Below, piece by piece: positions 49,129-59,317 of a stretch of DNA of 64,000 nucleotides. Location of the stretch: NCBI GenBank assembly GCA_963674825.1, contig OY771587.1, positions 992,001-1,056,000 on the forward strand, given 5' to 3'. The notes beneath the pieces are model-generated. The model was not told the origin of the DNA and ran no database searches. It worked only from the letters and a program-made list of their open reading frames with translations. A program made the position numbers and the translations under genes. This stretch comes from Candidatus Cloacimonadales bacterium (GTDB lineage Bacteria; Cloacimonadota; Cloacimonadia; Cloacimonadales; JAIOQZ01). Numbering within the stretch: the stretch's first letter is position 1; each line of letters begins with the position of its first letter.

Positions 49129-49446
49129 GTGGAAGTCAAAAATATTACACAAACCGAATTTGACGAGGAAGTGCTGAAGTCGGATATCCCGGTGCTCGTA
49201 GATTTTTGGGCGCCGTGGTGCGGACCTTGCAAGATGCTGAATCCAACCATTCAGCAGGTGGCGGACGACTTCGCCGGCAAGGTGAAGGTTCTGAAGCTGA
49301 ACGTCGATGAATCTCCGCAGATCGCATCCCGTTATCAGGTGATGTCGATCCCGACACTGCTTGTCTTTACCGAAGGCACCGTGAAGCACCAGCTCGTGGG
49401 TGTCGTCAACAAGAACAAGATTGCCGAACGCCTCAACTCGGTTTAA
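49129..49446 (+). CDS. trxA: Thioredoxin
   Basis: DFWAPWCGPCK, SIPTL. Confidence 0.96.
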   Translation: MEVKNITQTEFDEEVLKSDIPVLVDFWAPWCGPCKMLNPTIQQVADDFAGKVKVLKLNVDESPQIASRYQVMSIPTLLVFTEGTVKHQLVGVVNKNKIAERLNSV

Positions 49447-49467
49447 GAATTTCCAAGTGTCGCACTG

Positions 49468-49494
49468 AAAACCCCGGTATGCGCCGGGGTTTTT
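49468..49494 (+). terminator. Rho-independent terminator
   Basis: AAAACCCCGG/CCGGGGTTTTT. Confidence 0.85.
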
Positions 49495-49499
49495 CTTTT

Positions 49500-49795
49500 C
49501 CTGGGTACACAGACGTCCTCGTCTGCCCCTCTTCTCCCTAATCCCTATAGAAAATCATTGACCATAATATATGTTCCATTTTGTATTTGTGGCATGGATA
49601 AGCAACAGGGCTGGCACGTTCGGGGATATCTCCCACACTTTGATGGAGATCCGGAACGAAGAATATTATTTAAGTACAACCAGATATATCAGAGATAATC
49701 TTGTTTCAGCCGGGCTTGTTTCTGCACCCGAGATGTGGAAATGGTCTTCGGCATATAAACAGTGAAATGCAGACGAGGACGTCTGCGCACCCAGG
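49500..49795. mobile_element. Miniature REP-RAYT element: inverted REPs around a deleted tyrosine transposase
   Basis: 27-bp inverted repeats at 49500-49526 and 49769-49795. Confidence 0.7.
49594..49765 (+). pseudogene. REP-associated tyrosine transposase (RAYT), internally deleted
   Basis: N-terminal WHVRGYLPHFD joined out of frame to C-terminal IRNE...YIRDNLVSAGLV..PEMWKWSSA. Confidence 0.75.
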
Positions 49796-49813
49796 TAGGA
49801 AAAGGAGTGAATC

Positions 49814-50134
49814 ATGCAGGATATCCATGTCATTTGCGAGCTTGTGGTGGTAACCTACGATATCGGCCCGAGCCTCTCGCCGTTCGTATCGAAGGTCGTG
49901 AAAATCATCAAGGAAGATACCAGCGTAAAGCACCAACTCTGCCCCATGGGGTCGGTGATCGAAGGTCGCTGGCAGGATGTAATGAAGCTGGTCGATCGAA
50001 TCATGACTACCTTTGCGCCGGATTTCGAACGTATCGGAATCACGCTCAAAGTCGATTACCGCCGAAGCAAAAAAGATCGAATCGAAGGCAAGGTACGGTC
50101 GGTGGAAGAGAAGATCGAGGCGATGGAGAACTGA
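49814..50134 (+). CDS. MTH1187/YkoF family thiamine-binding protein
   Basis: SLSPFV, PMGSVIEG, LKVDYR, KVRSVEEK. Confidence 0.88.
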   Translation: MQDIHVICELVVVTYDIGPSLSPFVSKVVKIIKEDTSVKHQLCPMGSVIEGRWQDVMKLVDRIMTTFAPDFERIGITLKVDYRRSKKDRIEGKVRSVEEKIEAMEN

Positions 50135-50214
50135 TAAACCGTCCTTAAGAAATAAGTTGACGCGAATTTTCCTGAGAGCATCATGGAAAGAACTAAGGAT
50201 TTCAAGAGGAAAGC

Positions 50215-52236
50215 ATGAAATATTGTCTGATTTTATTCCTATTCATTCTGTCGATCGGCCTTTGGGCACAAGAATTATCCGAGATGCGCGTCGTAGGAAG
50301 CGCCAGTCAACTGACCAGCGAGATGGTCAGCCACAGCATCACCGATGCTAATGGCGAGGTCTGTGCTGGGGTCGTGATTGTCTCCGACCTAAGCGGACTC
50401 ACTTTCGACTCTTACAATGGCATCGTGAAGGTGGATCAATCCAAGCCGGGTGAAAGCACGCTCTATGTATCACCCGGTGAACGCGTCGTGCAGGTTTATA
50501 AGACAGGATTCAAGCCGCTCAAGATCATGCTTTACGATTCCGGTATCCGCACATTGGAGAGCGGCCAGGTTTGGAAACTCGAGATCACCGGCACTGTGAA
50601 ATTAGACATGATCCCGATCGTCGTCAACACAAGTCCAGCTGGCGCGGCCATTTTCATCGACGACGTAAGCATGGGAACCGGAACGACTCACAAGGTGGTT
50701 CCCGGCAAGCATACACTGCGTGTTGAAATGCAGGGTTACAGTTCTGTCACGAAGCAGATCGACGTCGATGAAAACCACATACTGTACAACATCGACCTGC
50801 GGGAAATTTCGCAGCAGATCGTCACCATCAAATCGACGCCACCCGGCGCGACCATCTTTGTCAACAATATGCAGGAAGGGCAAACGGACAAGCAGTTGCT
50901 GCGTTATCCCGGCATCTACGATCTTCGCCTGATGCTCGAGCGCTACCGCACCGTGGAAGAGAAGATCACCGTCACTGAAAACGGTGGAAATATGTTCAGC
51001 TTCAATCTCGAGAAGCTTTCCGCTACGTTAACTGTACAAGTCGAACCCACCGACGCAGAAATCTACCTCAACTCCCGCAAGCTCGAAAGCAACGTCGAGG
51101 AAATTTCTCCCGGTATGCACAAGCTGGAAGTACGGCACCCGTCCTATGAATCCGAAACGCGTACCATCACCGCGCCCAAGGGGCAGGACATCGTAGAGAA
51201 GTTCACCCTGAAGCCAAAGCTCGGACGATTCGTCATTGTGGTTGATCCTATGGACGCATCTGTCATCATGACCCAGGGAGCGAAGATAGTCAACACGTGG
51301 ACAGGTTCACGTGAATTCGATGAGATACTCACCGGTGAATATCAGCTTGAAATCTCCAAGCAGGGATACAAGACGCAGACCCTCCTCGTGCGGATTGAAG
51401 AAGGTCAGACCAAATCGATGTCGGCAACGCTGGAGCTCGGGCAATCGACTCAGAAACCAACACCAGCAAAAACAACACCAACCGCTTCAACGATACCTGT
51501 TACCGTAGGCGGCATGGCTCTGGTCCAGGGCGGAACATTCATGATGGGCGATCAGAACGGCGGCGGAGAACGAAACGAGTTACCCGTGCATGAGGAAACG
51601 GTAAAGAGCTTCTACATAGGGAAATACGAGGTTACCCAAAAAGAATGGATGGACGTGATGGGCGTCAATAAATCGCGCGTAAAGGGTGACCAGAATCCTG
51701 TTACCAATATTACATTTTACGAAATGCTCGAGTATTGCAATAAATTAAGCGAAAAGCAAGGCTACAAGCCGGTTTATACCATCAATGGAACTAAGATCGA
51801 AGTGGATATGGAAGCCAATGGCTACCGCCTGCCCACTGAAGTCGAATGGGAATACGCCTGCAAAGGCGGTGTAAATGGGCAAAACACCAAATACTCTGGA
51901 AGCGACGACATTCTATCGGTAGCCTGGTACTCCGGAAATTCGAAGCGCACGTCTCATCCAGTGGGGCAGCTAAAGCCAAATGAACTTGGTATTTACGACA
52001 TGAATGGAAATGCCTGGGAAGCCTGCTATGACTGGTGGGATCCCGGCCATTACGCCGACCGGAAAAAAAATCCGGACAAATATCCATTGGGGCCGACACG
52101 TGGCAGCCGTAAGGTGCGTCGTGGTGGTGGATACAGCGATCGAGAAGCAGGTTGCACCGTCAGCTACCGGCACCAGTTCCGTCCCAACGCGCCCAGCAAC
52201 ATTGTCGGACTGCGCCTGGCCAGAAACGCTCAATAG
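50215..52236 (+). CDS. Secreted PEGA-repeat + FGE-sulfatase (SUMF1) domain protein
   Basis: S.P.GA.IF PEGA repeats; FMMG, YEVTQ, RLPTEVEWEYA, DMNGNAWE, GLRLAR. Confidence 0.9.
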   Translation: MKYCLILFLFILSIGLWAQELSEMRVVGSASQLTSEMVSHSITDANGEVCAGVVIVSDLSGLTFDSYNGIVKVDQSKPGESTLYVSPGERVVQVYKTGFKPLKIMLYDSGIRTLESGQVWKLEITGTVKLDMIPIVVNTSPAGAAIFIDDVSMGTGTTHKVVPGKHTLRVEMQGYSSVTKQIDVDENHILYNIDLREISQQIVTIKSTPPGATIFVNNMQEGQTDKQLLRYPGIYDLRLMLERYRTVEEKITVTENGGNMFSFNLEKLSATLTVQVEPTDAEIYLNSRKLESNVEEISPGMHKLEVRHPSYESETRTITAPKGQDIVEKFTLKPKLGRFVIVVDPMDASVIMTQGAKIVNTWTGSREFDEILTGEYQLEISKQGYKTQTLLVRIEEGQTKSMSATLELGQSTQKPTPAKTTPTASTIPVTVGGMALVQGGTFMMGDQNGGGERNELPVHEETVKSFYIGKYEVTQKEWMDVMGVNKSRVKGDQNPVTNITFYEMLEYCNKLSEKQGYKPVYTINGTKIEVDMEANGYRLPTEVEWEYACKGGVNGQNTKYSGSDDILSVAWYSGNSKRTSHPVGQLKPNELGIYDMNGNAWEACYDWWDPGHYADRKKNPDKYPLGPTRGSRKVRRGGGYSDREAGCTVSYRHQFRPNAPSNIVGLRLARNAQ

Positions 52237-52244
52237 AGGTTTTC

Positions 52245-54068
52245 ATGAAAAAGATACTGCTGCTCGCGCTTGCAACCCTGCCGCTCCTGCTCGTGGCTCA
52301 AACGATACAAGAGATCAAGAGCGGTGACTACTACTGGGGAGAAGCGATGCTGGAAAACGAGCAACTCGCATCGGACGCAGCACTGCATCAGCTCCTGAAC
52401 CAGATCTCGATGCGTATTGTATCATCCTACGAAGGCAAACTGAAAGAGACCGATGCCGGCGTGGAAGAGTCGGTCGAGTCGATTGTCCAGACCCACTCAA
52501 CCGCGACCTTGCGCAATGTGAAGACCATCCGCACTTCCCTCCCCGAAGGCATCTACGTCATGCACTACATCCAGCGTAACGAAGTTCAGCGCATTTGGGA
52601 CAACCGCAAGAAACTCATCTATGATATCTACAAGCAAGCGCAGGAAATGGAAGAGACCGGTAACCTCGGAAACGCCCTGAAATGGTACTACTTCTCCGCC
52701 ATCCTGATCAATTCGCTGCCCGACGAAACCGCAGAATATAACGGTATCAATTTCAGCTTGGAAGTCCCGGCACGCATCAATGCAATCCTGCTGGGTGTTC
52801 GGTATCGATTTGATTCTGAACAGCTTTACACCGATAACGAACGCATCATCGACCTCGATGTCAGTTATAACGATAAGCCGGTTTCCTACATCGAATTCAG
52901 CTTCTGGGACGGATACGACAACATCCGAGTTACCGGCAAGGACGGGCTCGCGACCGTTCATCTCCTCGGAGCAAGCAAGGACTTCGATAAACTCGATATC
53001 GAAACGCGCTATAACTTCGACGAATGCCGCAACGAATATAAAACTGTCAATGAACTATGGGACCTTGTCTGCAAGCCATCCTTCAAAAATCGCAAGAGCA
53101 TTCGTCTGGAAAAACCGGGTAAGGAAAAACCCAAGGCTATCGCAACAAAGACACAAAAAGCGGAGGCAACCGGTTCGCTCAACATTGTGTTGGAAAAAAG
53201 CAATGAATGCCCGGTGCATGAAGCAATTCAGACTCAGACGAACGACGTGATTCCGCTTTTCAACCGGAAAGACACCGCGCAGATCGAAAAATTCTTCCCT
53301 GGTGATTCCTTCCTGCAGGAGAAATTCCGGCGTATCATGAAGTTCAACCAGCCGATGGTCGTCCACGATGAATTCCACGCAGACATCAACCCCACCGCCA
53401 CAGGGTGGGAAACGCGTAAGTTTACCGTGCTGAACGAATATCCGACTCTTAAAAAGCAGGTTACGGAGCACCTGGTGTACGATTTTGACGATGAAGGGAA
53501 CATGCAGGATCTGAACTACAGCATCCTCGACGACCTCTATCAGGACTTCGTGGAGAAAAGCAAAGTGGTGGATGATTGGAAGCAGCGGCAGGTGATCATC
53601 AAGTTTGTGGAAAAATACCGCACTGCCTACATGAATCGCGATGAAGAGCTCCTGGATTCGATCTTTTCCGACGACGCCATTATCATCATCGGCAGGCTCA
53701 TGGACAAATCGGAAAAAACGCGAGATTACCATTATGACAAGCTTAACGACGAACAACCCGATGTGGAATATATCCGGCTTACCAAAGAACAATACATGCA
53801 GCGGCAAAAAGAGACCTTTAAGCGACAACAGGATATCTACCTGGGATTCTCGACGTTTCGCATCACGAGAAAAAATAATCTTGAAGGCGTCTATGGCGTC
53901 AGCATGCGGCAGCACTACAACTCCACTGGCTATTCCGATGAAGGCTACCTGTTTCTGCTGATCGATTTCAACGACGAGCAGCCGAAAATCTACGTCCGCT
54001 CATGGCAACCGCAGGAGTGGGAAGAAGAGAAACTGGTGCAGCTCTCCAATTTCAGAATCCATAAGTAA
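52245..54068 (+). CDS. Secreted hypothetical protein (LPP20-like N-terminus, NTF2-like C-terminus)
   Basis: Signal peptide; YYWGEA; FSDDAIIIIG...YSDEGYLFL..IYVRSWQ. Confidence 0.7.
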   Translation: MKKILLLALATLPLLLVAQTIQEIKSGDYYWGEAMLENEQLASDAALHQLLNQISMRIVSSYEGKLKETDAGVEESVESIVQTHSTATLRNVKTIRTSLPEGIYVMHYIQRNEVQRIWDNRKKLIYDIYKQAQEMEETGNLGNALKWYYFSAILINSLPDETAEYNGINFSLEVPARINAILLGVRYRFDSEQLYTDNERIIDLDVSYNDKPVSYIEFSFWDGYDNIRVTGKDGLATVHLLGASKDFDKLDIETRYNFDECRNEYKTVNELWDLVCKPSFKNRKSIRLEKPGKEKPKAIATKTQKAEATGSLNIVLEKSNECPVHEAIQTQTNDVIPLFNRKDTAQIEKFFPGDSFLQEKFRRIMKFNQPMVVHDEFHADINPTATGWETRKFTVLNEYPTLKKQVTEHLVYDFDDEGNMQDLNYSILDDLYQDFVEKSKVVDDWKQRQVIIKFVEKYRTAYMNRDEELLDSIFSDDAIIIIGRLMDKSEKTRDYHYDKLNDEQPDVEYIRLTKEQYMQRQKETFKRQQDIYLGFSTFRITRKNNLEGVYGVSMRQHYNSTGYSDEGYLFLLIDFNDEQPKIYVRSWQPQEWEEEKLVQLSNFRIHK

Positions 54069-54088
54069 AACGTTTGTCAGTTTAAGAT

Positions 54089-54205
54089 GGAGTCGAAGGA
54101 TCAAGCGAGTAACATTTCCCTTTGTGTCATCCTGAGCGGAGTCGAAGGATCAAGCGAGTAACATTTCCCTTTGTGTCATCCTGAGCGGAGTCGAAGGATC
54201 AAGCG
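54089..54205. repeat. 49-bp perfect tandem repeat (~2.4 copies) containing a GTCATCCTGAGCGGAGTCGAAGGA REP-like unit
   Basis: Units start at 54089, 54138 and 54187, between convergent genes. Confidence 0.88.
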
Positions 54206-55309
54206 CTACCGTAATTGTTCGATCAGTAACCGCATAGCTTCCGATTCCGCCTTCGATGCCGCATCGTCGATCGACACCGCAGAAAAAGCTTCCACATCGT
54301 CTGTTGTCCACTGCTTCAGAGCATTCCCGTTAGGATCCGCCAGGACAAGTATCGCGCGCACAACGGCCACATACCCATCGAAACGTTCCATCTTGCGTTG
54401 CTCTTTCCGAACCAGTTCCAGCCGCACCAAATGCGTCCTGGAATCCGCCGATTTTGCAGTCTGGATTCCCATCTTACGGAAGTAATCACGAATAGCCGGT
54501 GGAAATTCACCTTCCGCAACGAAGTCGGCCTTCGCATTGCTGATTCGGCTCACCGTCAGTTCCCCCGATGTGTCGCGAATCAGAGCCTGATACGAGTCGT
54601 CCAGCAGAAGCCGGTATTCGATGCTCGCTTCTTCAGGTAGCGAAACATACCCGTTTCCATCCGATTCCACGCGAACGCCGTTCACCATGAACGCAATACC
54701 GTTCATCGGCAGGATATCCCCATTCTCCGCGCGATAGTAGATCCGTAAGCCTGCATCCAGCGTTTCACCCTCGGGAAGAACGATCGATTGCGGCCTGGAA
54801 ATTGTAACACGATCAAAGAAGTCTGTAACGGATTGAAGAAGACTGTCAGCCACATCGGATTGCCCAAAATAGATCGTCGTCGCCTGCTCCAGTGCCTGTA
54901 GATAGGCGTTCATTGCGATGGAAGGCCTGTCCCGGTTCTCCTTGGCCTGTTCAAGCTGAGACTTTAGCTTCTCGATCTTGGGTAAGGCCTGCTTCTTTAA
55001 CGTTGTGACAATCACCTCGCGATTTGCGGTGATCACCATTTCATCGGAACGTGTGCCCGGATAAATCGTCAGCGGGATATCACCGAGATCGATGATAGGA
55101 TTGCTGGGGATACCGATGGTTTCAAGGTAAGATATTGCGGATTGTTTCAGGTAGTATCGCAGCGCAGATTCGGCCCTCCCCTGTCGAAGTAAAGGGTTGC
55201 GCTCGAAGATTGAAATGCGGATGGAATCAGGCGTAGAGCGGTCGACATAGTCCTGCGAAAAGGCCGCACAGGCCAGAAGCAGAAGCAGGATTACAACGGC
55301 AGGCTTCAT
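54206..55309 (-). CDS. Secreted hypothetical protein
   Basis: Signal peptide; ATGA coupling to the FHA gene. Confidence 0.75.
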   Translation of the reverse strand: MKPAVVILLLLLACAAFSQDYVDRSTPDSIRISIFERNPLLRQGRAESALRYYLKQSAISYLETIGIPSNPIIDLGDIPLTIYPGTRSDEMVITANREVIVTTLKKQALPKIEKLKSQLEQAKENRDRPSIAMNAYLQALEQATTIYFGQSDVADSLLQSVTDFFDRVTISRPQSIVLPEGETLDAGLRIYYRAENGDILPMNGIAFMVNGVRVESDGNGYVSLPEEASIEYRLLLDDSYQALIRDTSGELTVSRISNAKADFVAEGEFPPAIRDYFRKMGIQTAKSADSRTHLVRLELVRKEQRKMERFDGYVAVVRAILVLADPNGNALKQWTTDDVEAFSAVSIDDAASKAESEAMRLLIEQLR

Positions 55310-57498
55310 GACAGGTTTAGCGAGAAACGCTCCGAAAGGACATCCGAGACATACTCGACCGGCTTTTCGATGATCCCTTCCTGGTGATCGCTGTAATTGA
55401 ACACGCCGTCTTCGAGCTTGATCATGATCACGTCGTTGAGGCTCTGGTAACTGTCGTCGAGGTTACCGGAAATCTTGTGTATGGTGAGGGTATCGCCATC
55501 GGCAAGCCGCACGAATTCGGTGTTCATCAGCGATTGGATGTATTCGCGCTGCTCCGGGTCATCCAGAATATCCTGATCGAGCACCTTCTGTAGCCGGAAA
55601 ATATGGCTGTTGCTACTCTTCTTGAGAGAAACCAGCATTTCGCTTCCGATATCGAAATAGTTTACCTCGTCGAGGCTTACGCTGGTGATTTTTGCCTTGT
55701 CGCCATTGATGAAGGTACCGTTGGTGCTTTCGAGGTCGCGCATGGTCTTTTGCGTGAAATCGATCTCGAGATGATTACCGGAAATCCACTCGCTGCGCAG
55801 GATGATGTCGTTGTCCTCGTTGCGCCCGATCTTGAGCGTGTCCTGCGTGAAAACCACGTAGTTGCGCATGCTGAATTTATCGAGAATGACCATCCGAAGC
55901 GGCGTTGTCTGTCGTACTTCCTGGTAGGTCACGCTACGTTTGAGCCGGTTCGCGGTTCGGCGGAACTCATCCAGTTCGGGTGTGCGGAATTGCCCTTCGT
56001 GGTTTGCCGCTTTCTCGTATTGCTGCACGAGCCGCTCGAAATCGGTCTGGGTATCGTCGCCTTTTTCCAATCGGTCAAGTCGTTCCTGTAGCTTGCGGAG
56101 CTCCCGCAGGCGTTCGATAAGTGTTTTTTTCTTCTTCTGTAGCTCCTCGATCCGCTCCACATCACCAATCTTCATCATGAAGTCAAGCACCTCATCGAAG
56201 GCTTCGATGACCTCTCTATCGGTGGTCGCGGTCTCGAGACGATCCTGCAAGCGGCTCTCGAAGTAGCGATCGAGATCCTGCCGGATCTGGTCGCGCATCT
56301 CGGAAAGCTTGTCCTTGAGATAACCGGAGAATGAGTCGTCGTCCAGCTTTTCAGTGAGATGCTGGTGGAATCGGATCATGTCGAGGGTCTTTTCGTCCCC
56401 GTCATCGGCGTTAATCATGCGGTTGAACACCTGATAGTACTCCATCAAGTCGCGGCGATAGACATTCGCCAGCACCTTCTCGAAACGTTTGGAGATGACG
56501 TTCAGGGGTGGCGTTAGATTCTTGATCTCGATATATTCAGTTTCGGCAAGTTTATGGAATCCACGGATCTGATGATAGAGCGCGATCAGCTTCTTGGTGT
56601 CCTTGATCTCCCTTGGTAACGAGAGGTATTTGTACATCTGAACAAGCTCGGGGTAATCCTCGTCGATAAACGAGCGGAAAGCGTCGAAGCTCTCCTTTTT
56701 CGCGATGAAATCCCGGTATCGCTGCGCATAGACGTATTGCCGCAGCGGCTGGTAGATTGTCTCGAATTCGCCGATGATGGCAATCAGCTTTCTGAGCGAT
56801 GGTTGCTCCTTACCTTCTTCCTCTTCGTAGCGCTTGCGAACGCAGAGAAACACCTCTTCGATCTTCCCGCGAAGGTAGTTCACCAGGTGATCCATGAGCC
56901 GTGGATTCTTTCGAAGTGAGCTCTCGTGAAGCTGGAAGATCCCTTTGATCCGCACCGCCACGGTGGGCGTAATGTCTTCCACCGGGGTATCCAGCAGCCG
57001 TTCGATGATATCCTTGACTTCGCCCTGTTGCATGTAGCGCCCCAGCATGTTGTGATAGCCGGAGGCGAGCTTGCGGTTGACTTCCGAAAGCGCTGAGATG
57101 GCCTGCTGGATGTCGGCAAGATGGTGATTTCTATTCGATTCGTCGTGGATGTTTTCTTCCAGGAAATCGAGGATGGAATTGACGTAGGATGTCTCCACCT
57201 TCTCCTTCAGGGAGAAGACGGTTTCATCCTTGAACCTGCCGTTTTCCATGCGAAATTCGCACCGATAGACGTTGAAAAGCGACGAGACGAGATAATCGAG
57301 CCGTTCCAGGCCGTCGTAGGCGTTGGCTGCGCTGTAATGTCGCTGCGCGGTATCCAGCCAGTCACGGTTGGTGGCGGCGGTGCCGATGAGCGAATTGAGC
57401 ACCCGCTTGGTGTTGTCCCAGCGATCGATGTGCGCGGCAACGTCTTGCTTCGCCTTCTTCCTCAGTTCCGATATCCGTAAAATCTGGTTTCGCATCAA
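55306..57498 (-). CDS. Helical/coiled-coil protein with C-terminal FHA domain
   Basis: IGRNEDNDI, ISGNH, DLESTNGTFING. Confidence 0.88.
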   Translation of the reverse strand: MMRNQILRISELRKKAKQDVAAHIDRWDNTKRVLNSLIGTAATNRDWLDTAQRHYSAANAYDGLERLDYLVSSLFNVYRCEFRMENGRFKDETVFSLKEKVETSYVNSILDFLEENIHDESNRNHHLADIQQAISALSEVNRKLASGYHNMLGRYMQQGEVKDIIERLLDTPVEDITPTVAVRIKGIFQLHESSLRKNPRLMDHLVNYLRGKIEEVFLCVRKRYEEEEGKEQPSLRKLIAIIGEFETIYQPLRQYVYAQRYRDFIAKKESFDAFRSFIDEDYPELVQMYKYLSLPREIKDTKKLIALYHQIRGFHKLAETEYIEIKNLTPPLNVISKRFEKVLANVYRRDLMEYYQVFNRMINADDGDEKTLDMIRFHQHLTEKLDDDSFSGYLKDKLSEMRDQIRQDLDRYFESRLQDRLETATTDREVIEAFDEVLDFMMKIGDVERIEELQKKKKTLIERLRELRKLQERLDRLEKGDDTQTDFERLVQQYEKAANHEGQFRTPELDEFRRTANRLKRSVTYQEVRQTTPLRMVILDKFSMRNYVVFTQDTLKIGRNEDNDIILRSEWISGNHLEIDFTQKTMRDLESTNGTFINGDKAKITSVSLDEVNYFDIGSEMLVSLKKSSNSHIFRLQKVLDQDILDDPEQREYIQSLMNTEFVRLADGDTLTIHKISGNLDDSYQSLNDVIMIKLEDGVFNYSDHQEGIIEKPVEYVSDVLSERFSLNLS

Positions 57499-57513
57499 TT
57501 ATCTCCTCTATCC

Positions 57514-58158
57514 TTACAGGAAAAACTGCCATACGATAAACAGCACGTTCTCCAGCAGAAAGCCCATCGAGAGCCAACCCGCGTAATAACCTTTGGTCGC
57601 GCGATTCAAGATCATAAGCAGCAACAGCGTGACGCCGAGGTTCACCAGAAAGAACCAAAACGGTGGTCGCTGCACCTGATACAGGCTGAAATGCACCGTG
57701 TGCGCCACTTCGCCCGTCTCGATCCGGTCGATGGACAAATTGACCTCCACGCTATAGAAGCGCTTCAACATCCTCATGGATGTTTTGGAATCCACCGAGC
57801 CCAGGATCATCCATTTCGCCGGGGTGAAGACACCCATCTTCGGTGCGCTCTCATTGTCGAACGCCCGGTCCTGCTGCGAGAGATTCTCCTTGAATAGCGT
57901 CGGGAGGTTCTCACGGTCGATGAGTCGATAGACGCCATCGCGCGTAATCCTTTCCGCCAGAATATGGCTGAAACGCTCCTGTGATTTTCCACTGGCCTTC
58001 GCGATCGATACGGCGTCACCCGATGGAACCCTGGTTCGCATTTCATCGTAAAAGCGATCCACGGCATGTTCGATCAAGGTACATTCCGCTTCGTCAGCAA
58101 AAATAGCCCCGATCGACAGCACAATCAGCAGGATACAGCAAATTCTCTTCGTGTTCAT
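57514..58158 (-). CDS. CsgG/LpoB-like domain protein with two C-terminal TM helices
   Basis: Signal peptide; LIDRENL..LFKE, AKWMILGSV, IETGEV. Confidence 0.7.
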   Translation of the reverse strand: MNTKRICCILLIVLSIGAIFADEAECTLIEHAVDRFYDEMRTRVPSGDAVSIAKASGKSQERFSHILAERITRDGVYRLIDRENLPTLFKENLSQQDRAFDNESAPKMGVFTPAKWMILGSVDSKTSMRMLKRFYSVEVNLSIDRIETGEVAHTVHFSLYQVQRPPFWFFLVNLGVTLLLLMILNRATKGYYAGWLSMGFLLENVLFIVWQFFL

Positions 58159-58225
58159 AGATTATCTCTATTAAAGGATGCTCGGTTTCATGACCCTTGT
58201 CAAATCATTTATTAAGCAACATTCT

Positions 58226-59314
58226 CTATACCGTCAACAGCTTTGAACCATCGTGGCGGTGCAACGGCAACTTCTCAACGGTCGCTTCGCAGCCGGACAG
58301 CAAATCGTACAGGATATCCAACGCTGGGTACTCGGTGTAGAAGTGGCCGGCATCGATAATCGGCACCCGTGAATCCAGAAACGTGTGGTAGGTAAAATCC
58401 CCCGAAACAAACACATCCGCTCTTCCGACCGTCCGTGACAGCAGCGACGAGCCAGATCCACCGCACAGCGCGACCCGCTTTACCATAGTGTCCTTCGTTT
58501 TTCCAGCCTGCCAGAATCGAACAAACGGCGCTTCCAGCCGATCCTTGACCATCTGCGCGAACTCTCCCAGCGGCATGGCGTTATCGATCTCGCCGATGAG
58601 ACCCAAGCCGTAATTCGGGCTTTTCTGATGCTGCGGGTAGACGGCGTACACCGGCTCTTCATAGGGATGAGCCTTTTTCATCGCCTGGATCGCGGCATTC
58701 AGGTTGGTGGTGTCCGCGAAGAACTCGAATTTCAGCTCTTCCACCGTCTCCACCCTGCCAACCTTCCCGATCGTCGGATTCGCACCATTCAGCGGCTCGA
58801 AACGTCCCATCACGGGATACTCGTTGCCGCAACCACGGTAGTTTCCGATCCTGCCGGCGCCGGTAGCGTAAACAGCTTGCGCAACGTCCTCCATGCTGTC
58901 CATCGGCACATAGACAGCCACATGGAACAGGCTCGCACCCGATTCGGTTGAGATATAGCTTACATTTTTCACCCCAAGACGCTCCGCCAGCTTATGGTTC
59001 ACACCGTCCGGCGTAACATCCAGGTTGGTGTGAGCACTCAGAACGGCGATCTTGTTGCGGATAAGCTCCAGCAGAAAAGGATCGGTGACGTTGGAAAGCT
59101 TGCGGAAGATCAGCGGATGGTGCGACACGATCATGTCAGCGCCAATCTCCAGCGCGTAATCGAGCGTTGTCCGTGTAACGTCCAGCGCAACCAGTACCTT
59201 GCTCACCGGTTGATTCCAGTCGCCAACCTGCAAGCCAGGGTTGTCCCATTCATATGCAAGCGCGGTTGGCGCAAAACTATGTATCTTTTTTGCGATTTCG
59301 GTAACGGTAATCAT
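58226..59314 (-). CDS. Nif3-like dinuclear metal centre hexameric protein
   Basis: WDNPGL, HHPLIF, HTNLD, HPYEEP, GHFYTE. Confidence 0.93.
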   Translation of the reverse strand: MITVTEIAKKIHSFAPTALAYEWDNPGLQVGDWNQPVSKVLVALDVTRTTLDYALEIGADMIVSHHPLIFRKLSNVTDPFLLELIRNKIAVLSAHTNLDVTPDGVNHKLAERLGVKNVSYISTESGASLFHVAVYVPMDSMEDVAQAVYATGAGRIGNYRGCGNEYPVMGRFEPLNGANPTIGKVGRVETVEELKFEFFADTTNLNAAIQAMKKAHPYEEPVYAVYPQHQKSPNYGLGLIGEIDNAMPLGEFAQMVKDRLEAPFVRFWQAGKTKDTMVKRVALCGGSGSSLLSRTVGRADVFVSGDFTYHTFLDSRVPIIDAGHFYTEYPALDILYDLLSGCEATVEKLPLHRHDGSKLLTV

Positions 59315-59317
59315 AAT

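Noticed and set aside
52100..52236. DGR variable region in the FGE/C-lectin domain
   Set aside because: No template repeat or reverse transcriptase seen in the window; cannot be excluded genome-wide
54089..54205. Mini CRISPR array
   Set aside because: Intervening sequences are identical; it is a tandem duplication of a REP-like unit also seen inverted at 48418
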